Positions 10,504-19,407 of a DNA stretch of 32,000 nucleotides are shown here, piece by piece; the first letter of the stretch is position 1, and every line of letters begins with the position of its first letter. Where the stretch lies: the NCBI RefSeq assembly GCF_020885515.1, contig NZ_AP024987.1:630001-662000 (forward strand), in the 5' to 3' direction. The position numbers and the translations under genes were made by a program. The DNA is from a cyanobacterium endosymbiont of Braarudosphaera bigelowii (GTDB taxonomy: Bacteria; Cyanobacteriota; Cyanobacteriia; Cyanobacteriales; Microcystaceae). The notes beneath the pieces were generated by a model, which saw only the letters and a program-made list of their open reading frames with translations, was not told the origin of the DNA and did no database searches.

Positions 10504-10929
10504 TTAATCTTTGATGAGTACACCCATATTACGAGCAGTTCCTTCAACAATATTCATTGCTGCATCAATATCATTAGCATTAAGATCAGGCATTTTAGTT
10601 TGGGCAATATCCTTAAGCTGACTATAAGTAATACTACCTACTTTTTCTTTGTCTGGTTGACTCGAACCTTTTTCAATTCCCGCTGCTTTAAGAATAAGTA
10701 CTGAGGCTGGGGGAGTTTTAAGAACAAAGGTAAAACTACGATCTTCATAGACAGAGATCTCAACAGGAATAATCATTCCCGCTTTATCTGAAGTCTTAGC
10801 ATTATATTCTTTACAAAACGCCATAATATTGACACCACGCTGTCCTAATGCTGGACCGACAGGAGGTGCAGGGTTAGCCTTTCCCGCAGGAAGGGCAAGT
10901 TTAATTAAGGCAACAACTTTTTTCGCCAT
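10504..10929 (-). CDS. rplK: 50S ribosomal protein L11
   Basis: 141-aa ORF with the motif [29 protein letters not shown]. Confidence 0.97.
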   Translation of the reverse strand: MAKKVVALIKLALPAGKANPAPPVGPALGQRGVNIMAFCKEYNAKTSDKAGMIIPVEISVYEDRSFTFVLKTPPASVLILKAAGIEKGSSQPDKEKVGSITYSQLKDIAQTKMPDLNANDIDAAMNIVEGTARNMGVLIKD

Positions 10930-10931
10930 CG

Positions 10932-11552
10932 CTAATTTTGCTTCTCAACTTGATTAAATTCTAGTTCAACCGGGGTATCTCTTCCAAAAATCGAAAGTAA
11001 TGCTCTAAGTTTGTTCTTTTCAGAACTAACTTCTACTACTTCTCCTTCGAAATCTTTAAATGGGCCCGAGAGTACCACAATTTTGTCACCAACTTCCATA
11101 TCAATTTTAATGATAGGTTCTGGTTGTTCTGTTTGTCTGAAAATCCGTTCTACTTCTGATGGACTAAGGGGAAGTGGCTTTACATGTCCACGCCCTCTAC
11201 CATAAGCTCGACGCTGTTCAGAACCAACAAAGTTAATTACATTGGGGGTACTTTTTATAACCAACCAAGTATCGTCATCCATGATCATTCTGACTAGTAT
11301 GTAACCGGGAAATACTTTTTCTGCTCCCTGTTGACGACTACCGTCTTTACGAACTTTGATTGTTGGCGTTTTTGGAATCTGAATTTGTAATATATTTCCA
11401 GCTGTATCCAAAGTTTGAACTCGCTGCTCTAAATTACTTTTTACTCGTTTTTCACAACCAGAAGCTACTTGCACAGCATACCAGCGAGCAACAGGTTTCT
11501 GTACATCTGAAAATTGCTCTAAATCTGGTGAATGATCATAAGTATAATTCAT
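10932..11552 (-). CDS. nusG: Transcription termination/antitermination factor NusG
   Basis: NGN and KOW domains are present ([21 protein letters not shown]; [21 protein letters not shown]). I place the start at the Met at 11552, which forms a TAATG overlap with the secE stop. The ORF track's longer form begins at 11576. Confidence 0.92.
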   Translation of the reverse strand: MNYTYDHSPDLEQFSDVQKPVARWYAVQVASGCEKRVKSNLEQRVQTLDTAGNILQIQIPKTPTIKVRKDGSRQQGAEKVFPGYILVRMIMDDDTWLVIKSTPNVINFVGSEQRRAYGRGRGHVKPLPLSPSEVERIFRQTEQPEPIIKIDMEVGDKIVVLSGPFKDFEGEVVEVSSEKNKLRALLSIFGRDTPVELEFNQVEKQN

Positions 11553-11779
11553 TAAAACACCTTCCCTGATCCCCAAGTAAAGAAATTATCTACGAGATAG
11601 ATTACGGTGGCCACAAGACTTACCATTAGAATAACAGCAGCAGATTCGCTTAATAATTGCTGTCTTGATGGCCAAACAATTTTAGCCAATTCTTCCCTCG
11701 TATCAACTACGAAGTTTCTTGCTCTGGTGTCGCCTCTAGCTTGTTTCACATCTCTTTTAGATTCTTCTTTTCTTGTCAC
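11552..11779 (-). CDS. secE: Preprotein translocase subunit SecE
   Basis: 75-aa ORF with a GTG start (no in-frame ATG upstream before a stop) and a single C-terminal transmembrane helix (AAVILMVSLVATVIYLVDNFF). It holds the canonical position upstream of nusG. Confidence 0.85.
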   Translation of the reverse strand: MTRKEESKRDVKQARGDTRARNFVVDTREELAKIVWPSRQQLLSESAAVILMVSLVATVIYLVDNFFTWGSGKVF

Positions 11780-11904
11780 GATGATCTTTTCCCAACATAA
11801 AACGACGGTTTTTGTTACTGTATTGGATTCTTAGACGTAGAAACTAAAGAAATTACTCCTATTACACTCGGAATATTTAATATAGACCGAATATCGTTTC
11901 TAAC

Positions 11905-11930
11905 TATTGTATCAATTAATTGATACAATA
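11905..11930. repeat. Perfect 26-nt palindrome between tRNA-Pro and secE
   Basis: tattgtatcaattaattgatacaata is exactly self-complementary. This was verified base by base. Confidence 0.9.
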
Positions 11931-11965
11931 ATTTTGCCTTAAAAGTACCGTATACCAATACAGGA

Positions 11966-12039
11966 TCGGAGCGGCGGGATTTGAACCCACGACCCCTACT
12001 ACCCCAAAGTAGTGCGCTACCAAGCTGCGCTACGCCCCG
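11966..12039 (-). tRNA. tRNA-Pro (anticodon GGG), CCA not encoded
   Basis: Folded by hand into a 74-nt cloverleaf. Acceptor stem CGGGGCG/CGCTCCG; D-arm GCGC-AGCTTGGTA-GCGC; anticodon arm CTACT-TTGGGGT-AGTAG (U33, G37); T-arm GTGGG-TTCAAAT-CCCGC; discriminator A. Confidence 0.9.
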
Positions 12040-12055
12040 ATATTCACAGAGATGT

Positions 12056-12085
12056 ATTATACACTTATTATTGTAATAAAAGCAA
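12056..12085 (-). promoter_or_regulatory. Candidate sigma-70 promoter for tRNA-Pro
   Basis: On the minus strand: TTGCTT, an 18-nt spacer, then TATAAT ending 15 nt before the tRNA 5' end. TATAAT-like hexamers are common by chance in DNA this AT-rich. Confidence 0.3.
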
Positions 12086-12615
12086 GTTTAAAAATATTTA
12101 AACTTTTAATTACCTTGTCTAGCTTGTCAACAAATTCCAGTAGCTAATTTTCTTTATGACATTTTAAATAAGTTTCAGGCAATAAAAATTTAGTGATTTT
12201 CTTATTCCTAGCTATGAAACCTCGCTTTTTTATCTACCAACTTCCTATTGATAACACTTAATAAGTATATTAACTTTTTAAAGAAAGAAGTAATCTCCAA
12301 GCCGTTTAATTATTAGCTTTTTCATCCAATAATTAGTTTTCGAACATTCTAAGATAACTGTTTTTTCAAAATTAAAACAAAAAAGTTATCTATTATTTTG
12401 CTAAGTACTTAACCAAAAGTCTCAAATATATAGGTAAAACTTGTTTAACTACATATGGTAAATAATCAACCACGAATCAAGTTAGATTGCTTTACCAAAT
12501 ATTTAAAAAAAAAGTAATACTAATAGAGTATTAAAAATAATTCTTTAATAAGCTAAAGTTTATAATTAAAATATCTTAGTATATAAATAACTTTATTAGT
12601 AAGTCAAAATAAAAA

Positions 12616-12649
12616 TTGCTAATTATTTAGCATCAAGAATAATTAGCAA
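12616..12649. repeat. Perfect 12-bp inverted repeat (hairpin) downstream of the rpoZ terminator hairpin
   Basis: ttgctaattatt (12616-12627) and aataattagcaa (12638-12649) flank a 10-nt loop. Confidence 0.6.
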
Positions 12650-12666
12650 TTAGCAACTTGATAAAA

Positions 12667-12719
12667 AATAAAACTAACAAGTTCTTATTAATAGGTAATA
12701 AGAATTTGTTAGTTTTATT
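12667..12719 (-). terminator. rpoZ terminator: 23-bp AT-rich hairpin
   Basis: aataaaactaacaagttcttatt / aataagaatttgttagttttatt with a 7-nt loop. The one non-Watson-Crick position is a G:U pair in the plus-sense RNA and an A-C mismatch in the minus-strand rpoZ transcript. It starts 13 nt after the rpoZ stop and is followed on the minus strand by a T-rich run (ttttttat). Confidence 0.55.
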
Positions 12720-12731
12720 CTTGTAATACAA

Positions 12732-12968
12732 TTAATCTCTTACATCACTAATAATTTCTGGCTGAGTTAGCTCATCTGACATTTCGATGATAGCTCGAAT
12801 TGCTGGCTTCATATGAACGTTATCAATATTATCAAATTCTTCATAACGCCGGCGTTTTGCTCTCATGGCTACCTGTACTGTTATACGATAACGATTAGAT
12901 GCTGCATCAAGTAGCTCTTGTGAACAATACATAATTTGGGAGGAATCAAAAGAATATTTTTTTAGCAT
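12732..12968 (-). CDS. rpoZ: DNA-directed RNA polymerase subunit omega
   Basis: 78 aa counted from [45 protein letters not shown]...[18 protein letters not shown], the cyanobacterial omega signature. The ORF track's 140-aa form adds 62 unrecognisable upstream codons beginning at a TTG. Confidence 0.85.
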   Translation of the reverse strand: MLKKYSFDSSQIMYCSQELLDAASNRYRITVQVAMRAKRRRYEEFDNIDNVHMKPAIRAIIEMSDELTQPEIISDVRD

Positions 12969-13166
12969 ACTTAATCCGAGTCTGATATCGAAATACAATG
13001 TAACATTCCTTTTTGGGATTGACAAACTTTTAGCTATATTATTCTCCATATTGCCCATTACACACAACAACAGATAAAATTCTGACCGAGAATATAAATG
13101 TGCACAGAAAAAATACTTATACTGCAAATGAAATTGTATAGTAGTATTATCCAAACTCTTAGGTCT

Positions 13167-13197
13167 TTAATATTAATAAATATTTTATTAATATTAA
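13167..13197. repeat. AT-only 14-bp inverted repeat with a 3-nt centre in the rpoZ/cupin divergent spacer
   Basis: ttaatattaataaa tat tttattaatattaa; the arms are perfectly complementary. Confidence 0.6.
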
Positions 13198-13557
13198 GTC
13201 AATTATCAAAGATAAAGACAAATTAATTCTCGATTATAACGGAATATATATTCATATTGAAAATGAGAAATAAGATTTAAGAGTTGTGTTGTTATTTAAG
13301 ATTATTTATTAATCAAAGAAGGTAAATACTATGTTCAGAAACTGAGTTAAATAAAAAAAATATTAATCTTACCGTCTAAGCTTTGAAATCGGAGTTATAT
13401 AATTTTAGGTTGTAGTTATCAATTTGAATGTTTTTTATATAAATACTGTAAATTTTTTCATATGTACTAAAGCGATCTTAAATGATTTATGTTATCTTGT
13501 GGCCATAGTTAAATGCTTTACAAAATCTAATTCTTATATTGCTTGGGAAATAATATT

Positions 13558-13974
13558 ATGGTTCAAATTAAAGAAAATAAGATAAATAATACTGTTGTAA
13601 TTCCTTTTTCTGGAACCAATACAGAAAATTTATTAACAGAAAAACGTCCTTGGGGATCATTTACAACTTTAGAAGAAGGTCCAGGTTACAAGATTAAGAG
13701 AATAGAAGTCAACCCAGGACATAGACTTAGTTTACAGATGCATTATCATCGTAGTGAACACTGGATAGTTGTTTCTGGGACAGCTAAGGTAACTTGCGGA
13801 GATAGCGAGAAAATTTTAGGAGCCAATGAATCTACTTATGTGCCTCAGTGTACATCTCATCGCTTAGAGAATCCGGGAGTCATCAAATTAATTTTAATTG
13901 AAGTTCAAAATGGTGAATATTTAGGAGAAGATGATATTGTTCGTTTTCAAGATGATTATTCACGTCATAAATAG
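13558..13974 (+). CDS. Stand-alone cupin of the type II phosphomannose isomerase (ManC C-terminal) type
   Basis: Motifs KRPWGSFTTLEEGPGYKIKRIEVNPGHRLSLQMHYHRSEHWIVVSGTA and ENPG match the PMI cupin. No nucleotidyltransferase domain is present. I prefer the ATG at 13558 over the TTG at 13543. Confidence 0.7.
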   Translation: MVQIKENKINNTVVIPFSGTNTENLLTEKRPWGSFTTLEEGPGYKIKRIEVNPGHRLSLQMHYHRSEHWIVVSGTAKVTCGDSEKILGANESTYVPQCTSHRLENPGVIKLILIEVQNGEYLGEDDIVRFQDDYSRHK

Positions 13975-13977
13975 TAA

Positions 13978-14017
13978 GACACAATATTTACTTCAATTTG
14001 TGTCGGCCAATTTTTTT
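13978..14017 (+). terminator. Possible terminator of the cupin gene
   Basis: 7-bp stem gacacaa/ttgtgtc with a 13-nt loop; a T7 run begins 6 nt after the stem. The geometry is weak. Confidence 0.35.
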
Positions 14018-14086
14018 CCATAAAGTCAAATCTAATTTATGCAAGTTTAGATAAAAAAATATTCAGATTATTTAAACGTTCTAAAT

Positions 14087-14110
14087 AAAAAAGAGGGATC
14101 CTTAGACCCC
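14087..14110 (-). terminator. psaC intrinsic terminator
   Basis: The minus-strand RNA reads GGGGUC-UAAG-GAUCCC (6 bp including one G:U pair) followed by CUCUUUUUU. It lies about 65 nt after the psaC stop. Confidence 0.65.
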
Positions 14111-14176
14111 CGAGTAATATCGATTATAACAATAAGTTAAAATCGTTTTAATAATAGTGTATTAGATCACAATTAT

Positions 14177-14527
<351 letters not shown>

Positions 14528-14690
14528 TTAGATTATTTAATAGTTGGGAAAAGAAAACGAGGAAAAAAATATAATTACAACCTAATTAATAGTAAATATC
14601 TTTATATGTGACAAATATGAAACCATAAATTTAAGCTAAGTATTGTGATAATCTCAGAATATTTTATATATAAAACATTAGCAATTAGAT

Positions 14691-15077
14691 TTAACTTGAT
14701 TCATCCGTCTGGTTATCGTATGAATCAACTATCTCAACATCGACAGTACTAACTGGTATATTACGATGGAACTCATCGTTTTGACTTTCTAAAGTTTCTC
14801 CGCAATTAAGACAATAAGATTTCATATTTTTGAAGCCTGTTAGTTTACTATTGCATACAGGACAATTACCATAAACTAAATTATGTTTTAACCACCATTT
14901 AAATATTAGTAAGATAATTACTGGAATTATTGTTATAACGCCTAATATGACCAACAACCCATTAACTATCCAACTTAAGCCTACTAAACCTAGCAGAAGA
15001 ATTAGTAAAAGCAAGTTTACAAAACAGCTAGAACCAAAATTATTTATCGATAATAGCCTTGAAAAGTAACTATTCAT
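14691..15077 (-). CDS. Hypothetical membrane protein: two predicted TM helices plus a C-terminal CxxC...CxxC zinc ribbon
   Basis: 128-aa ORF with an ATG start. It has a hydrophobic N-terminal half, the motif CPVCNSKLTGFKNMKSYCLNC, and an acidic tail. I do not recognise a family. Confidence 0.55.
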   Translation of the reverse strand: MNSYFSRLLSINNFGSSCFVNLLLLILLLGLVGLSWIVNGLLVILGVITIIPVIILLIFKWWLKHNLVYGNCPVCNSKLTGFKNMKSYCLNCGETLESQNDEFHRNIPVSTVDVEIVDSYDNQTDESS

Positions 15078-15417
15078 TATTAAGTATTTATATTTACTTA
15101 TACTTTTTCTTATTATTACATATATTTTAGATGCTAAAGATAATGAAAACTTAATATCGTTAATATAATATTAGTTTTACTATATCTATAACCCATAACA
15201 TTAAATGTTGAATAAATATATTAAATTTTCGTTAATCAATATATTTACTAGTGAAACTTAATTGTTTAATAATGATCTTGTTATTTAACTTCATGTGGAT
15301 GTTTAGTACTATTCAGTATCAATAAATAAAGTTCTACAATTTTATATATTACAAAAATACCAGGAAGAAATTAAGATGTTTAGTAACGATAGTATATTTA
15401 GGTAGAATCAATATAGG

Positions 15418-16476
15418 ATGAGAAAATTATATTTCCTGGTACCTGGAACAGATAAAAGTTTTTTTTGCGGTGGTCTTTTTGCAGAATTAAAAATTTTAAA
15501 CTTAGCAAAGGAAATTTGCCATTCAGAATTAGTTACCTATAGACAAAGAGAAATAGGTAACTTGTTTTTAGATGACATCTTAAAACAAGATGTTAAGAAC
15601 ATTATCTTTATAATTAGTTGGGGATTTGATATCCCCAACTTAATTAAGAAATTGAAGGGATGCAATGTAGTGTATCATGCGCATAGTAGCGGCTATAGAT
15701 TTAACATCCCTTCATATATTCCCATCATAACTGTTAGTCGTAATACAATGGGATATTGGGGGCAAAAAGCGCCTCATTCTCCAATTTATTACTTACCAAA
15801 TCAAATTTCAGATGAATTTCGTAACTTAAATTTAACGAGAGATATTGACGTTTTAGTACAAAAAAGAAAATCATCTCGATATTTATTAGAACAACTAGTT
15901 CCTCAATTACAAAGTAAATGCAGAGTAGTTTTGATATCCACTTTTGTTGAAGATATTACAAAACTTTTTAATCATTCAAAGGTTTATCTTTATGATTCTG
16001 CAGAATATTGGGCACAACACAGGGTGAGTGAAGGTTTTGGTTTACAGCCTATGGAAGCTATAGCTTGTGGTTGCCAAATTTTTTCAAGTTTAAACGGGGG
16101 ACTGTCGGATTATTTGGATCCAGAATTTAATTGTCAAAAAATAGCAATCTATTCTACAGGTTATGATATACAACGTATTCTTAAAACTATTAATAGTCCC
16201 ACTCCAAACATAATAAATGATTCATCTCAGTTATTAATAAATTATCGAGGTAAAAAAATTATTGAACGCTTGGAGGTTATATTAAATGAGATCAATCTAT
16301 TTTTTGACTATAAACCCCATTTCCCAAGTGATATTAAAATTTTATCAAAAGAAATATGGATTGAAGCTCTAACAAAAAAAATCTGGAACAAGTTAAGGTT
16401 TTATAAGAGATTTAAATTTTTCCATCCTTTTATAATATTGCCTTGCATAAGTAAACTTATCCCTTTTAGTAGTTGA
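15418..16476 (+). CDS. GT-B glycosyltransferase (group 1 / GT4-like)
   Basis: 352-aa ORF with an EX7E-type motif SEGFGLQPMEAIACGCQIFSS in the C-terminal Rossmann half. The last 25 codons overlap the convergent GT-C gene. Confidence 0.68.
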   Translation: MRKLYFLVPGTDKSFFCGGLFAELKILNLAKEICHSELVTYRQREIGNLFLDDILKQDVKNIIFIISWGFDIPNLIKKLKGCNVVYHAHSSGYRFNIPSYIPIITVSRNTMGYWGQKAPHSPIYYLPNQISDEFRNLNLTRDIDVLVQKRKSSRYLLEQLVPQLQSKCRVVLISTFVEDITKLFNHSKVYLYDSAEYWAQHRVSEGFGLQPMEAIACGCQIFSSLNGGLSDYLDPEFNCQKIAIYSTGYDIQRILKTINSPTPNIINDSSQLLINYRGKKIIERLEVILNEINLFFDYKPHFPSDIKILSKEIWIEALTKKIWNKLRFYKRFKFFHPFIILPCISKLIPFSS

Positions 16477-18878
16477 AATTCTTTTAAATCAGGATTTTTT
16501 TCAATAGCAAGCTTTAAAGCCATTTCTGCTTTTTGAGGTTGCCAGTCATAGAGATAAACAAAAGCTAGATAAGCATAGTGGTAAGGGTTATTTTGATCTA
16601 ATTTAATTAACTGTTTTAAAGACTTTATTGTTTCTTCAGAGTTCTCTTGTAAAGCTTGAGATAATACTAATGCATAATTCCACTCTAAAGAATTATCCTC
16701 AATGTTTTTCTCTAACCGGTATTGCAATGAAGTTTCTGTCTGTTTTAAATAATCTTGAATAGGATCATATTGATTAAAACGACTCACTTTACTAAAAATT
16801 ATATCTAAGCCAGATATTCCTTGAGCTAAGTTAATAGAAGCCTGTCTCAGTTGAGTACTTAGATCTAATTCAGGTGAAGGAATAGGATTAGAACTATTGT
16901 TAATAGTTAAAGTGATGTCAGGAATATTTATTGGATAGCTTTCGTGAGTAACACGATTATAGTAAATTCCCTTAAGAATATATTCTCCATTTTCTACATG
17001 TCTAATAGGAAGCATTGCTGTGTTTTCTATAATTTTAAATCCACTATTCTCTTGATTATTATCCCATAACATTCCTTGTCCAATTCCATGATCGTGAATC
17101 CAAGCTATTTTATTGCTGTCTAAATTTTTATTGTGCCAAGACAATAAAACTAGCCCTTGTTGTAAATCCTTCCAATTACCCAACCATTCATATTTGACTG
17201 GTATAGGAGATTGTGAAGAAACTACATTAGGAATATCTATTTTGTTTAAGATAACTTTATCAATAGACTGATTTAGTTTATTGACTCTGATGGATCCTTC
17301 TCGACGATGATACAATTTTACTAAAGATTCATCAGGCATATTCCAAGTTTCAATAACCTTAAACTGAGGGTCAATATCTAACTTGTTAGCAAAATCTAAT
17401 TGATAATCTCTAGCGAATCCATTATCTCCTGTCTTAGTAACAAACCATTCAAAAGATTTTTTATCTTCTTCAAGATACGTAGTCTTATTTCCTAATTCTC
17501 TTCCATAAACTTGAGAATCTAATAATTGTCCGTAATAATTAACATTATTATGATTAATACTATCAGTATTAGCGATAACACCTAAATTAATAATTTTATA
17601 TGGTGTAGTTTGCTTAGCAGTCTTTATAACAGTATCAATAGGTATTTCTTTTCCTAAATAGGGATAAAATAGAGCTTTGGAATTGATAGATGATAATATC
17701 CGCATACCAGGAATAGGGAATAAATTTATAGTCATAGAAAAAATAGCTAGAATTAGGGTGATCCATTTAACAAATTTCCATTTTCCCTTCCATAAATTTA
17801 GGCAATAACCTAATAATGTTGCCAAAACCGGTAAATAAGGCATTATATATCTGCTGTCTTTATTAAAGATGGCAGAACAAATCAAATATGAACCGATCAA
17901 ATAAATTCCTAACCATTGAAATGATTCTATATCTTTTTTATCTCCTATACTATATTCAGGTTTTGAGAAACGTCTTAACAAATGTAAAAGTAGTCCTACT
18001 AAAGGAATTACAAGCGGAATAAATCCTGTTGCTGAAGGCAAATCATGCCAATAAAAAGTCCAAGCACTTAAAGTATTTAGTGGTGGGTCACCTTCATAAG
18101 TTGCAGGAATATCATTAGAGTTACGAATAGTACTAAATAAATAAATCCAATTTGTACTATACCAAGGTAACCATAAAAGACTAGAAACCAAAAAACTAAA
18201 GATTAACTGTATTATCCTTTCCCATTCTTGTTTCCACAAATAGCTAATCACCAACCAAATTAAAGGTACTGCGAGAAAGAACATAGTACTTTGTTTAGTT
18301 AATAAAGCAAGGCCTATGAATATTCCAAAAACAAATGACCATAACCATCTTTTTGATCTATTCCTTTCATACTTCCATATAGTTAAACAACAAAAAGACG
18401 CTATTGTAAAAGTTACTAAAGGTGTATCTATCAAAAATTGCAAACGATTTTCATATAAACGTGGAAAGATAACTGATAAACTTGCGCTCCAAAGTCCAAC
18501 TTTAGTACTAAATAATATTTTACCAATACTATAAATTGATATAATTAGTATTAGGCTATATAGAAAATTGGATAAGAGAGCTTGATCGTTTCCTAAACCA
18601 AATATTTTTTGAAAAAAGGCACCAATAATATATGTTAAAGGAGGGTATTTTGTTGATATTTTCCAGAAGTTGTGCCACCATTCTGGATTCAATAATTCTA
18701 AAGAATTTAAGCTATAAAAATACTGTAGAGATTTATTTAAATGATTACTTTGATCCCAAGCAGGTATAGACTTATCTAAAATTAGCCACAAACGATCAAA
18801 AATATTACTTCCCAGCCATATTAATCCTAAAATTATCCAAATTTTAATTTTATTTAAAGAAGATTTTTCTCTAGACAT
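16401..18878 (-). CDS. Polytopic GT-C glycosyltransferase (PMT/ArnT-like, GT39/GT83 type) with a soluble middle region and C-terminal TPR repeats
   Basis: About 420 N-terminal residues contain many transmembrane helices in a PMT_2/ArnT-like arrangement. The C-terminus has TPR-like repeats (NPYHYAYLAFVYLYDWQPQKAEMALKLAIEKNPD). I take the ATG at 18878; the track's TTG start at 18932 adds 18 codons. Confidence 0.72.
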   Translation of the reverse strand: MSREKSSLNKIKIWIILGLIWLGSNIFDRLWLILDKSIPAWDQSNHLNKSLQYFYSLNSLELLNPEWWHNFWKISTKYPPLTYIIGAFFQKIFGLGNDQALLSNFLYSLILIISIYSIGKILFSTKVGLWSASLSVIFPRLYENRLQFLIDTPLVTFTIASFCCLTIWKYERNRSKRWLWSFVFGIFIGLALLTKQSTMFFLAVPLIWLVISYLWKQEWERIIQLIFSFLVSSLLWLPWYSTNWIYLFSTIRNSNDIPATYEGDPPLNTLSAWTFYWHDLPSATGFIPLVIPLVGLLLHLLRRFSKPEYSIGDKKDIESFQWLGIYLIGSYLICSAIFNKDSRYIMPYLPVLATLLGYCLNLWKGKWKFVKWITLILAIFSMTINLFPIPGMRILSSINSKALFYPYLGKEIPIDTVIKTAKQTTPYKIINLGVIANTDSINHNNVNYYGQLLDSQVYGRELGNKTTYLEEDKKSFEWFVTKTGDNGFARDYQLDFANKLDIDPQFKVIETWNMPDESLVKLYHRREGSIRVNKLNQSIDKVILNKIDIPNVVSSQSPIPVKYEWLGNWKDLQQGLVLLSWHNKNLDSNKIAWIHDHGIGQGMLWDNNQENSGFKIIENTAMLPIRHVENGEYILKGIYYNRVTHESYPINIPDITLTINNSSNPIPSPELDLSTQLRQASINLAQGISGLDIIFSKVSRFNQYDPIQDYLKQTETSLQYRLEKNIEDNSLEWNYALVLSQALQENSEETIKSLKQLIKLDQNNPYHYAYLAFVYLYDWQPQKAEMALKLAIEKNPDLKEFQLLKGISLLMQGNIIKGWKNLNLL

Positions 18879-19407
18879 AGAATATAAATTCTTGTTTTTT
18901 TTTAATAAAATAGTAAAGTAATTATAGATCAAAGTTTTGTTTTTCGTAGAATTTTATAAATAGTCTATACAAACATCCTAGCTATCTAATTTATATTAAT
19001 AAAAAGTTTGATTTTTAAAAAATTTAAATAAATTAAAAATAATTACTTTTGGTTTAAGAACATTAATATTTTTAGATAAAAAGATTTGATTCCATTCTAT
19101 CAATGGTTAAAGTAATCTACTTTGTTAAACAAAAAAAGAACTTGATTTAATTAAGTTAAGATTAAGAGATATTTTATATGCAAACTATATTCTATTATTA
19201 TTTGTAATAAAACCGAGAAATAGAAATCAATATTTGCTTCTAGCTATAATTTACTAGGATTTATTTTTTAAATTTATATAAATTTTTTAAGGTAATGATT
19301 GCTAAAGATATCTTATCGGAATTTTCTAATTTACAATAATTTTTTTAGAAATTGATGATTTTGACTACAGTAATAACTAATTAATTGATAAAAAGTATTT
19401 TAATTTT

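Noticed and set aside
11905-11930. Assigning the 26-nt palindrome to a known regulator (NtcA GTA-N8-TAC, Fur box or LexA box)
   Set aside because: The GTA...TAC halves are separated by 12 nt rather than 8. Similarity to the Fur and LexA consensus sequences is only partial and AT-driven. No named regulator can be supported from the sequence.
12969-13154. Track start calls that use upstream TTG or other extensions: rpoZ 140 aa, psaC 95 aa, nadK 330 aa, GT-C 843 aa, DUF3747 419 aa, cupin 143 aa, nusG 214 aa
   Set aside because: The conserved N-termini of these families begin at internal ATG or GTG codons: 12968, 14422, 20331, 18878, 23638, 13558 and 11552. The extensions are AT-rich, unrecognisable sequence. 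The rpoZ case is kept as a low-interest finding only because of its length.
15171-15186. Recurring motif tagttttact(atat) at about 15172, 20760, 31105, and inverted at about 20811
   Set aside because: A rough expectation for shared 10-14-mers at this base composition across 32 kb and both strands is far above the number observed. Chance accounts for them, and there is no consistent position relative to genes.
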